NCBI GenBank assembly: GCA_016746295.1
Contig: JAEAOA010001935.1
Location: forward strand, 484,430-548,429
Direction of reading: 5' to 3'
From: Potamilus streckersoni
Taxonomy: Eukaryota
Length of the DNA stretch: 64,000 nt
The notes under the pieces were generated by a model, which was given only the letters and a program-made list of their open reading frames with translations, searched no databases and was not told where the DNA came from. The position numbers and the translations under genes were made by a program. Positions 53,995-64,000 of the stretch are shown one piece after another. The first letter of the stretch is position 1. The number at the start of each line of letters is the position of its first letter.

Positions 53995-54504
53995 GTACAT
54001 ACAGTGAATGATAACAGACTTCGGATCCACTTGTGCAACTTTTCTTTACACTTGTCCCAAATTTAATTAACTGTCAAATGTTAAATGTATGTACTTTAAC
54101 CCATAGGAAAAAATGAAATACTGTACAGTATATTTATTTTTAAAAGAAATTAATTTTTCTAAAACATAGGATTATATATATTTTGTTACAGCAGAGGATT
54201 TCAGCTTTCCAATGTCCAAGGATTTTATATGCACTATTTATTGCTCTATTCTGGTAGCATGGTACTTCAATGAATAAGAATGGAAAGAAATTTACTGGAA
54301 TTCAGACTTTACCAAACTTCTTCTCTCAAATCTTGATTGATTGACAGAATGAAGACTCTTGCTCTGAATCTGTTGTCATGATTAGCACTAACATCATTCT
54401 AGTTTTCTATAACAGGCTGTAGACTTAAAGAGAGCTCTTGTTTATTTCATTTCAGTCTCACTTTTAAAAGGACCTTTCCTAGTGAAATGGCATCATCTTA
54501 AGGT

Positions 54505-54598
54505 TTTTTGCACATTCTGGCTAGTGTTACATACATTCTGGCTAGTGTCATATACATTCTGGCTAGTGTCATATACTTTCTGGCTAGTGTCATATCCA
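54505..54598. repeat. Tandem repeat, 21-bp unit x4.5 (ttctggctagtgtcatataca)
   Basis: Direct reading of the sequence. Confidence 0.9.
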
Positions 54599-55947
54599 GT
54601 AGTTAAATCCTACATTTTTTTAGTTCCATTGAAAAATATAGTGACTAAATTTCCAACCTGGCATCTAGCTTGCAATAACTGCAAAATATTTTTACTTCCA
54701 TGTTAGTGAATTCAGGCCTAGAACAAATATCAACACAATTCAGCTGAAAATAAATAATGAATATTCTTAGTAGTGTAATACCTGACATTCTTTGTTACCA
54801 CAATGTCTGCCTTTTGTTACTTTGGAGAAATAGCTGCCTCATGCTTGCAAAAATAAACTTAGTAAATTCGTTTTATCATTATGTAAATATCACTTTGTTT
54901 GACAAGTACTCCTAGAGTGATTATAACATACACTTGATCCTTTAAATATGAACAGAGATGGCTCTTTAATTAGCGCACTTGTTTCAATAAAGGCATACTA
55001 TCAGAATATACCAATTAATCATCTGCATAATAAATTAAAATTGTAACAATCATAACTGTCACTTCTTTGATCCATTTGGATTTACTTGCTTGCCATAAAA
55101 TTAAAGGCTGGGTCATTCATGAGGATCAGGTAAACACAATACAGTGAAGCTGTTTAAAACAAGGCTAATTAATCATAGACTTTTGTTTTGTTTTACATGT
55201 TTTGATTGGCTTGTTTTGTTTCACATATTTTGATTAGCCAGTAGTTTGGTCACTTAGTCCATATGTAAGCAGGCTATTATTGAACATGCACACATGTAAC
55301 AGTTATAAATGGCCATTGAGGTGTGATACAGGATGTAAATAAATACATAAAGAGGGGTAGAATCAAGCATTCAATACACATGTAGTGCATGAATGGCCAG
55401 ATAAAGTTAGATAATGTTGTTATTGCAGGAAAACAAGCACTTGTCTGACTTGAAAAATAGTACTTGTCCCATACTAGTGACTTGGAAAACTTTTCTTGCC
55501 AAACTTTGAAAATGAATAGTCTGAGACATAAGGCTTTGGGATTTGCTTAGCCCTGTTTTTATTTTGCAAGTGAATGGCAAAACACAGGTTTCATCCTTCT
55601 AGCAAGTAAAGTCGATAGCAGCAGCAGTGCCAAATGAGTTAAGATCTTGCATTAAAATATTTGACATGAAGTGATATCTCATAATGTCATACATGACATC
55701 ATGCAGAGGAAAGGCATAATTCCAAGGTATATGAACATATTTCAGATGCATTTTGCTACACTATTTTGTGGGTTTTTTTATAAAAAGAAAAGTATCTTTC
55801 CATTATACAATACATATAATTTTCCATTTCTATTCATTTCAAAAATGTAATTGATCAAATAGTTTAAACTCATTTGCTTGCAAAGGATATAAATTATTTG
55901 CTTTAAATAATAAATTTAATTTCAAATGAGCATTCAACAAGATTCTG

Positions 55948-55948
55948 T

Positions 55949-56029
<81 letters not shown>

Positions 56030-56064
56030 GATTAAATATTAGTTAAATCAAACATTTTTTAGTA

Positions 56065-56099
<35 letters not shown>

Positions 56100-56100
56100 C
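55948..56100. repeat. Compound microsatellite (GT)16(AT)24 … (GT)13
   Basis: Direct reading of the sequence. Confidence 0.9.
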
Positions 56101-57261
56101 ACAAATCTAAATTGCCTGTATTGAATGGATTTCTGAAATATAGCATATTTGATATGGTATCAGCACTATCTGTTAAAGATAACATTTGGGAAACTTTTGT
56201 TATGTGCTCATTATATATGCACACCATTGAGATGAGGTCAACTAAAGCCTCTCCCCTCTTATGTTTTCTTAATACTTGAAGAGTCTAAACACATTTTGTC
56301 ATTGCCATTGTTGGAAGCTTCCCACATAAGAGGTGCAAGGCTTTTCGAAATTCTGCTGTGATGAATAAAGAATATGTAAAACAATTTTTAGGTAATTTAA
56401 CTCATGCGAATGAGAATTCAGATGTACATAGTTGCGAGTTCTCTCAGCAAATTATGATGTTTTTACAACTGCTTTCTTGCAGCAATGTATGATGGGATAG
56501 AAAAATGTGTTGATTTTGGAAACTGTTTTGCATGTTTTGTCCCAAAGGAGGGGTGCATACTTAAGACATGTTCCACTATTATGTCATTATAGTAGTTCAG
56601 TAACTAACTTTTTTCTTCTATTCAGTTTGATGCAACTGTTTTTTTTTAAAGTGACCTGGTTATCCATTTTATCAGGAGCTGCAGTCCTGGGTTCATAATT
56701 AGGTGGATTTTGCAAATATTTTTTTTGTAGTTGATAGAGCACCAAACTTGTAATCCCTGGGTTGTAGCTTCAACATGCATCTTGGCAAGCCGATGTTTGC
56801 TTGTGTCCTTGTAAAAGGTAGCTAGATTCCATTTCCTCTAAATGATACGGCCAGTAATGTGTTAAAAGTGCCTTTATAACCAACAAAGAACAAAAATATT
56901 TTGACAATAAAGGTGATTTTTAACTAAGATATTAATTTCAATGGTGTTGATTAATGGAGTCATTGAGTGTGTGGTGAATGCATGTTTTGGCTGTTACAAA
57001 ACATATTCATCTCACAGTTTTTGCATCATTATCACCACCAATACATTTTTATTTATCTAAGAGATAAACACCAAAACCAAAAAAAAAAAAATTACCCTAT
57101 AAAACACTCTTAAATATTTATAAAAAACCTATTATAATTATGAACAATCTCTCCAGTTACCTTTAGTTCTTTATGTTGCATCTATATTCATGTTTTTCTG
57201 CAGGTGTGGACATGTATTTGTATATTCACAGACTATCAAGACAAAAAAATCAAAACAAATA

Positions 57262-59741
57262 ATATGCATATTAATTTGGGGGGTTTGTTATAATATGCAT
57301 AATCATTTGGGGGGTTTGTTATAATATGCATATTAATTTGGGGGTTTTATAATGTGCATATTAATTTGGGGGTTTTGTTATAATATGCATATTAATTTGG
57401 GGGGTTTGTTATAATGTGCATAATGATTTGGGGGGTTTGTTATAATGTGCATATTAATTTGGGGGTTTTATAATGTGCATATTAATTTGGGGGTTTTGTT
57501 ATAATATGCATATTAATTTGGGGGTTTTGTTATAATATGCATATTAATTTGGGGGGTTTGTTATAATATGCATAATGATTTGGGGGGTTTGTTATAATAT
57601 GCATATTAATTTGGGGATTTTGTTATAATGTGCATAATGATTTGGGGGGTTTGTTATAATGTGCATATTAATTTGGGGGTTTTATAATGTGCATATTAAT
57701 TTGGGGGTTTTGTTATAATATGCATATTAATTTGGGGGTTTTGTTATAATATGCATATTAATTTGGGGGGTTTGTTATAATGTGCATAATGATTTGGGGG
57801 GTTTGTTATAATGTGCATATTAATTTGGGGTTTTTATAATGTGCATATTAATTTGGGGGGTTATAAAATGCATATTAATTTGGGGTTTTTGTTATAATAT
57901 GCATATTAATTTGGGGGGTTTGTTATAATGTCCATAATCATTTAGGGGGTTTGTTATAATATGCATATTAATTTGGGGGGGTTGTTATAATATGCATAAT
58001 CATTTGGGTTTTTTGTTATAATGTGCATAATTATTTGGGTTTGTTATAATATGCATTTTAATTTGGCGGGTTTGTTATAATATGCATATTAATTTGGGGG
58101 TTTTGTTATAATATGCATATTAATTTGGGGGTTTTGTTATAATATGCATATTAATTTGGGGGGTTGTTATAATATGCATATTAATTTGGGGGTTTTGTTA
58201 TAATATGCATATTAATTTTTAGGGTTTTGTTATAATATGCATAATAATTTTTAGGGTTTTGTTATAATATGCATAATCATTTAGGGGGTTTGTTATAATA
58301 TGCATATTAATTTAGGGGGTTTGTTATAATATGCATATTAATTTGGGGGGGGTTGTTATAATATGCATAATCATTTGGGTTTTTTGTTATAATGTGCATA
58401 TTAATTTGGGTTTGTTATAATATGCATTTTAATTTGGGGGGTTTGTTATACTATGCATATTAATTTGGGGGTTTTGTTATAATATGCATATTAATTTGGG
58501 GGGTTATAATATGCATATTAATTTGGGTTTTGTTATAATATGCATAATCATTTGGGGGGTTTGTTATAATATGCATATTAATTTGGGGGGTTTGTTATAC
58601 TATGCATATTAATTTGGGGGGGGTTGTTATAATATGCATATTAATTTGGGTTTTTTGTTATAATGTGCATATTAATTTGGGTTTGTTATAATATGCATTT
58701 TAATTTGGGGGGTTTGTTATAATATGCATTTTAATTTGGGGGGTTTGTTATACTATGCATATTAATGTGGGGGGTTTGTTATAAAATGCATATTAATTTG
58801 GGGGGTTTGTTATACTATGCATATTAATGTGGGGGGGTTGATATAATATGCATATTTATTTGGGTTTTTTGTTATAATGTGCATATTAATTTGGGTTTTG
58901 TTATACTATGCATATTAATGTGGGGGGTTTGTTATAATATGCATATTAATTTGGGTTTTGTTATAATATGCATATTAATTTGGGGGTTTGTTATAATATG
59001 CATATTAATTTGGGGGGTTTGTTATAAAATGCATATTAATTTGGGGGGTTTGTTATAATATGCATTTTAATTTGGGGGGTTTGTTATAATATGCATATTA
59101 ATTTGGGGGGTTTGTTATACTATGCATATTAATGTGGGGGGTTTGTTATAAAATGCATATTAATTTGGGGGGTTTGTTATAAAATGCATATTAATTTGGG
59201 GGGTTTGTTATAATATGCATATTAATTTGGGGGGTTTGTTATAATGTGCATAATGATTTGGGGGGTTTGTTATAATGTGCATATTAATTTTTAGGGTTTT
59301 GTTATAATATGCATAATGATTTGGGGGGTTTGTTATAATATGCATATTAATTTGGGGGGTTTGTTATAATGTGCATATTAATTTGGGGGGTTTGTTATAA
59401 TGTGCATAATGATTTGGGGGGTTTGTTATAATGTGCATATTAATTTTTAGGGTTTTGTTATAATATGCATAATCATTTGGGGGGTTTGTTATAATGTGCA
59501 TATTAATTTGGGGGGTTTGTTATAATATGCTTAATAATTTTTAGGGTTTTGTTATAATATGCATATTAATTTTTAGGGTTTTGTTATGCTATGCATAATC
59601 ATTTGGGGGGTTTGTTATAATGTGCATATTAATTTTGGGGGGTTTGTTATAATGTGCATATTAATTTGGGGGGTTTGTTATAATGTGCATAATGATTTTG
59701 GGGGTTTGTTATAATGTGCATATTAATTTGGGGGTTTGTTT
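57262..59741. repeat. Satellite array, 31-bp unit (atgcatattaatttggggggtttgttataat), ~80 copies, inside the intron between VPS37 exons 2 and 3
   Basis: The variants tgcataatcattt, tgcataatgattt and attaatttttagggttttg recur in ordered blocks of ~5-6 units. Every unit carries a G5-7 run. Confidence 0.9.
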
Positions 59742-59783
59742 GCCTATTAAATAATGCTCATGTAGTATATATATGATTTTCAG

Positions 59784-59866
59784 AGTCTAAGGTAGGCAAG
59801 CAGTCAACAGAGGCTTTGCTGGCAGTATTGCAGGCAGAAGCCGCTTCAACAGACGAGGAGTCTGAG
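59784..59866 (+). CDS. VPS37: VPS37-like, coding exon 3
   Basis: Acceptor gattttcag|ag at 59783/59784 and donor gag|gtgagc at 59866/59867. The exon is 83 nt, entering in phase 1 and ending in phase 0. Translation, using 1 nt carried from exon 2, is ESKVGKQSTEALLAVLQAEAASTDEESE. This parallels the recalled VPS37B segment SLETLLALLQAEGAKIEEDTEN. Confidence 0.75.
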
Positions 59867-60231
59867 GTGAGCTTGCAGATATATGCCATAAAGTTGCAAA
59901 TTCATTTATGGGTGTAAAGTTTGCCAATTTGCTCACAAGCAGTATCTAATTTTACTAAATTATAGTTCAGAAATTACTGATCTCGAAAGGTAACTGATTT
60001 GAAGTGATACATTTCAGCTTGATTTTTTTTTTTGATTGCCTGTAAGACTGCTCAATCTCAAAACTTTTCCACCAATAAAACTTCACACTATACTGATATC
60101 TGATTGTCTTTAAATTTCAGCAGTAGTATTGCAAACTGAGAATGATTGTGGCTTTATTTTCATGATAATATTTCCAGAAAGGTGGATCTCAAAATTATAT
60201 ATATTTTTATTGCTTCTTAAAGTTAAAGATG

Positions 60232-60340
60232 AGTTAGACTTTTTCAGCCCCAGGTGGCTGATTGGTATAAAGCGCTTGTCTGCACTGCCATCTTGCATGT
60301 TTGTACAGTGCACTGCCATCTCACATGTTTGTTTGAATAT
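60232..60340 (+). mobile_element. Fragment of a tRNA-like SINE head with an internal duplication
   Basis: agccccaggtggctgattggtataaagcgcttgtctgcactgccatcttgcatgtttgt is followed by a repeat of cactgccatctcacatgtttgt. It resembles the head of the 63296 element. Confidence 0.35.
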
Positions 60341-61326
60341 CAAGTTCAGCTAATGTGGGTATGTGAGAAAACTTGTCAATAGTTTACTGTGGGTCTGTGG
60401 TTCTTACTGGGGTTTTCCTATGGCTGCCTTGTATATCATGTACTGAAAAAAAAATGACATTAAACCCACTACAACAGCAACAACAGAACTGCTTTGTAAA
60501 CATTACAGGGTGTCTGGCAGTCCTATACAGTCCAAGAGAACAAGACAATTTGGAAATATCCTATAATGTGCTGTATATTTTCCCAAAGTCCAATACTGAC
60601 CTCTTCCATTTTTCAAACTTTAAAATATTTGTTGTTTTGAACATTTGCTATCCACTCCTTAATAGCCACACATGATCCAGCCTTCAAAAAATAATGATGA
60701 TGAGGAAAAGAATCAATCCTTCCAGCATCTTCCCAAGGTCAGAGAGATTAATAACTCTGTCTGGAAGAATCTGCAATTGGGAGGATGTTAAAGCTTTCTC
60801 TTATGAAAGCCAAAGAGCCAGTGATGTTTTCAAAACACACTCCATTGTCATCCTTGCTAACTTTTGGCTCTGGATAAGAAATTAGTTGCACTCCACTATT
60901 TTACAGAGTGGATAAGAAAGTGTTTCATGCCAGATCAAAACTGATTTGAAATGCTACCATGCTTTTGTTGTCAAACTGTCAAACTCAGTGATTTTCCATT
61001 TGGTCATTTTGACATTCCTGGGAGGCAGTGGCAGGGGTGGGGGAGGCAAAATGCCATGTTTCTCCTCCTCCATGCCTCCTAATTTGTGGACAGTTTACCT
61101 GGAGTGGACATCAGACTCCTGCATTTCCAACCTCCTTGGATTAGCCTAAGGTTTAAAAATGAATGGGTGATCCAGGTTATTTTATTGGGGCTTTGGATTT
61201 TATTTTTCCAACCCACTTCATTTTTCTTCCTGTCCATTTCTGACAAATGTACTATCAGATCAGGAGAATAGCAACAGTCTACAACAGGAGAACACATCAC
61301 TAATTGACAAAACAGCTGTGGAGATT

Positions 61327-61655
61327 GTGTGTGTGTGATGTGATGTGGTAATTATTTTTAACGTAGCTTTAACAATTTTTCAGTCATATCGCTACAATGT
61401 CTGCAGTGTGGCAGTTTATAGTGATGTCTAGCACTGGGGCATCATGCCGCAGATATGAAGCATGATGTCCCACCCAGTCACATTATCCTGACACCAGGCT
61501 GACCAGTTCTAACACTAACCTCTTAATGCTGAGCATCAAGTGAGACAGCTGTTAGTACCATTTTTGTAAGTCTTTGGTATGACTCAACCGGGGATCGAAC
61601 CTACGACCTCACGCATCCAGGACAGACTCTCTAACTACTAGGCCACCGGAGCGGT
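61327..61655 (-). mobile_element. SINE family 2 copy, the best-preserved head
   Basis: The reverse complement of its head is GCTCCGGTGGCCTAGTAGTTAGAGAGTCTGTCCTGGATGCGTGAGGTCGTAGGTTCGATCCCCGGTTGAGTCATACCA. This is a clear tRNA-like structure with box A and box B (GGTTCGATCC). A (GT)n tract lies at 61327-61340. Confidence 0.85.
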
Positions 61656-62340
61656 TGAGATTGTGTGAGAGAACCACAATCTCAGAGGCTTTTGTCAGGT
61701 CATTGCAAAAAGCCATCAGCTAGTTGAGGCAGATCATATACCTCAGTTGCTACAGTAAATACATTCTTCTGCCAGAGTTCAAGATGGAGATGGTGAGATC
61801 GATACAACATTCTGTTGTCATTGAATATGCCATCAGTCTTGATTTGACCAATGCATATATTCATGTGTCTATCCATCCTAAGAATTTCTTTGTTTTGTTT
61901 ACAAGGTTTGCCAGTTTTAAATTCTTCCATTTTGGTGAAAACGTTATACCTTGGGTCTTTATAAAAATCATGTCAACTTCCAGCCAACTTCATCTACCTT
62001 GACAGTGGCATACTTAGAGGAAACATGAAATAAGTTCTGTTCTGCTCAAGGACAGAAATGATCTCCAATACCTTTTGAATCATGTCAGTTTTCTCATTAA
62101 CTGGAAAGTCCAATGTTCATTAATCAGGTTTTGTCCTTCTGTCTACGGAGTTTATTACCAGTCTCACTCTAGTATGATGACTCCATGTTCTTATATTATG
62201 GGTTGTCAAACTCATTGCGTCTGTTTCCAGCAATACTTTGATTTCAGTAACTATTCAGATTACTCGATGGACTTGATCCTGTCTTTATATGCTTCAATTA
62301 CAGATGACATTACTGGCTCAACTCATTTTCCATTTAGAAT

Positions 62341-62583
62341 GGGGCCCCGAGTGGTCTAAAGCGCTGTCTGTTACGGACCACTGCCATCTCACCTCTGTCT
62401 GCGTGTGTTCGAGTCTAGGATTCGGCGAATGTGGATATGTGAGAAAGTGAGAAAGCTTGCCAGTAGCTTCTCGTGGGTCGGTGGTTCTTTCCGGTGATTT
62501 CCCATTTCTTCCTCCACCATTAATACTGGCCGCCATGAATAGCCTATCGTGTGCTGAAAAATGGCGTTAAGACCAACAACAAC
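62341..62583 (+). mobile_element. SINE family 1, full-length copy with a 10-bp target-site duplication
   Basis: The body runs from GGGGCCCCGAGTGGTCTAAAGCGCTGTCTGTTACGGACCACTGCC to gtgtgctgaaaaatggcgttaagaccaacaacaac. The target-site duplication catttagaat lies at 62331-62340 and 62584-62593. Confidence 0.9.
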
Positions 62584-63295
62584 CATTTAGAATGTCAGGA
62601 TTATGAACAAGGTATAATCTTTCTTGAATCAATAAGATCATGCCAGGAATTCTTCTGGAAGTGACAGTATTTAAAATAAATTGTTGGTTAAATTAGTTAG
62701 AAAATGATTTGGTATTTTATAACACAGCAACACAAGTAGGTTATTTAGTGCCAAGGCAGATGTAAGTAGAGTGTTTTGCCAAAGGAAAGACCATGCTAGT
62801 GTGAAATGGAAGATCTCATGGTAGGGTTTGAACTAATAACCTTTGAGTCTCAGGTTTGGCATGCATGCCATTTGAAACTGCAAAATTCAAATATAAACTC
62901 TTTACAACTCTTTGAAATTTGGAATGTTATTGTTGTTTGACAGTTTTACGATTAAGGGGCATAATGTACATTTTGGTAATGTATTGATGCAGGTAATTAT
63001 TAATATTAAATTTTATATGATGAAAAAAGTATTTTCATACATTCATTTTGTGACAATAGGACAACACTTATTTACAATTCTCATCTATTCAAAATATATC
63101 TAGAAGAAATCTTGCATATGAAATTAAATGTAATACCTTTTTAAAACAAAGTATAATTCAATATCATTTATATGTATTATTAGGGCTTTTCCATTTAAAC
63201 TTACCATGTACTTGTAACATCCTTTTTTTCAATATACAATATATTATTGGGGTTCTTAAATTAACATATATGGTACCCAAAAATGTATGCAGACC

Positions 63296-63455
63296 CTAGG
63301 TGGCCAAGTAGTATAAAGCATAGATCACTGCAATCTCACCTAGGTCTATGTGGGTTTGCACTTATTGCTTCCTGGGTTCTTCCACCACCAGTCATACTGG
63401 CTGCCATGTATGGCTTATTGTGTGCTAAAAAATTGTGTTAAGCCCACAACAAGAA
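63296..63455 (+). mobile_element. Short SINE family 1-related element lacking the central domain (tRNA-like head plus 3' end)
   Basis: It contains ccctaggtggccaagtagtataaagcatagatcactgcaatctcacctaggtc…ccaccaccagtcatactggctgccatgtatggcttattgtgtgctaaaaaattgtgttaagcccacaacaag. Confidence 0.55.
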
Positions 63456-63784
63456 AAATATTATTTGTCAGGGTACTATGATTATTCAGCATTAATAATT
63501 ATTCAAAATTCTAAATTGTATATGTGAGTGGATTCTCCACTTTGAAAGTGCCTTCCGTAAATCTCTAATGTTTTACTGATCATTCTTTAAATTGATCAGT
63601 GCTTTTTTTCCCCATGATTTGTGTGTAAAATCAATGTTATGAAGTCGAAGAGAAACTGTGGAGAATGAAAAAGTAAAGGTAGAAATCAGGAGAAAATTTG
63701 GAAACTTCTCTAAGAAAAGCCTGTCCTCTTTTTGAAAATATAAAATGTTAGTTTATTATATTTGAGTATATTACTTTATTTCAG

Positions 63785-64000
63785 AAAATAGCAGATCAGT
63801 TCTGCCAGAACTCAATTCCAGTTGATCAGTTTGTTAATGTGTATATTCCAATGAGAACACAGGCATATTTACGCCGGACAAAGGCAGAGAAAATGCAAGA
63901 ACTGATTCGTCAAGGGCCCTCACAATCAGGGTACCCTATGTATGGAACAGGGCCCACAGTAGGAAATGCTCCATTCCCATCAAGTGGTCCAGCACCTTAT
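63785..64000 (+). CDS. VPS37: VPS37-like, coding exon 4 (Mod(r) domain C-terminal helix plus Pro/Gly-rich tail), open to the window end
   Basis: Acceptor ctttatttcag|aaa at 63784/63785. The exon has 72 codons with no stop and runs off the window. Translation is KIADQFCQNSIPVDQFVNVYIPMRTQAYLRRTKAEKMQELIRQGPSQSGYPMYGTGPTVGNAPFPSSGPAPY. It is collinear with the recalled VPS37B segment [40 protein letters not shown]. The Pro-rich tail is as in VPS37B/C. Confidence 0.8.

Noticed and set aside
60373-60675. 100-aa ORF with a poly-Q stretch (QQQQQ) in the VPS37 intron
   Set aside because: It has no splice signals joining it to the VPS37 frame and no recognisable similarity. The short CAA/CAG run arises by chance in AT-rich DNA.
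61560-61655. tRNA gene calls for the tRNA-like sequences at 540-614, 22829-22900, 61560-61655 and the GGGGCCCC heads
   Set aside because: Each continues seamlessly into a conserved, non-tRNA SINE body with a simple-repeat tail, and the acceptor stems are imperfect. These are SINE heads, not functional tRNA genes. tRNAscan-SE would likely score them as pseudo-tRNAs.

Overview
This window is eukaryotic nuclear DNA, not prokaryotic. It is AT-rich and, over most of its length, CpG-depleted. It is saturated with microsatellites, minisatellite/satellite arrays, tRNA-derived SINEs and MITEs, and it carries spliced protein-coding exons with GT-AG introns. Several CRISPR-like and ORF-like signals turn out to be artefacts of these repeats. 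The repeat repertoire and composition suggest an invertebrate metazoan, possibly mollusc-like, but this is inference only.

Two coding units are supportable, both on the + strand.
- A four-exon VPS37 (ESCRT-I, Mod(r) domain) gene spans 48851 to beyond 64000; exon 4 runs off the window. I recognise it by a collinear match to vertebrate VPS37B/C as I recall it. Its introns hold a (TA)n/(GT)n block and a 2.5-kb 31-bp satellite.
- An orphan 243-codon Ser-rich terminal coding exon sits at 12364..13092. It follows a strong acceptor and ends in TGA. I cannot assign it a function.

The rest is interspersed and tandem repeat DNA.
- SINE family 1 (~245 bp) has a tRNA-like head beginning GGGGCCCC and a (CAA)n/(AAAC)n tail. 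I count 9-10 copies, three with perfect 10-14 bp target-site duplications, and one inserted inside a satellite array.
- SINE family 2 (~285 bp) has an (AC)n tail and three copies.
- A third, hairpin-containing element with the conserved motif CATTATGC(G/T)ATGGCA and 3' end TTATAAGCGAGTA occurs in five same-strand copies.
- A ~175-bp MITE with terminal inverted repeats is present twice, apparently flanked by TA.
- A palindromic MITE embedded in (TA)n tracts carries a tRNA-like core.
- Large tandem arrays have units of 31/34 bp (~2 kb), 49 bp (~3.2 kb), 47 bp (~1 kb), 38 bp (~0.5 kb) and 31 bp (~2.5 kb). Some show higher-order periodicity.
- A (CACGGG)n(ACAT)n compound repeat has G-quadruplex potential.
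- The central block, roughly 20.8-36.6 kb, looks visibly CpG-richer than the gene-bearing flanks. This is consistent with mosaic gene-body methylation.
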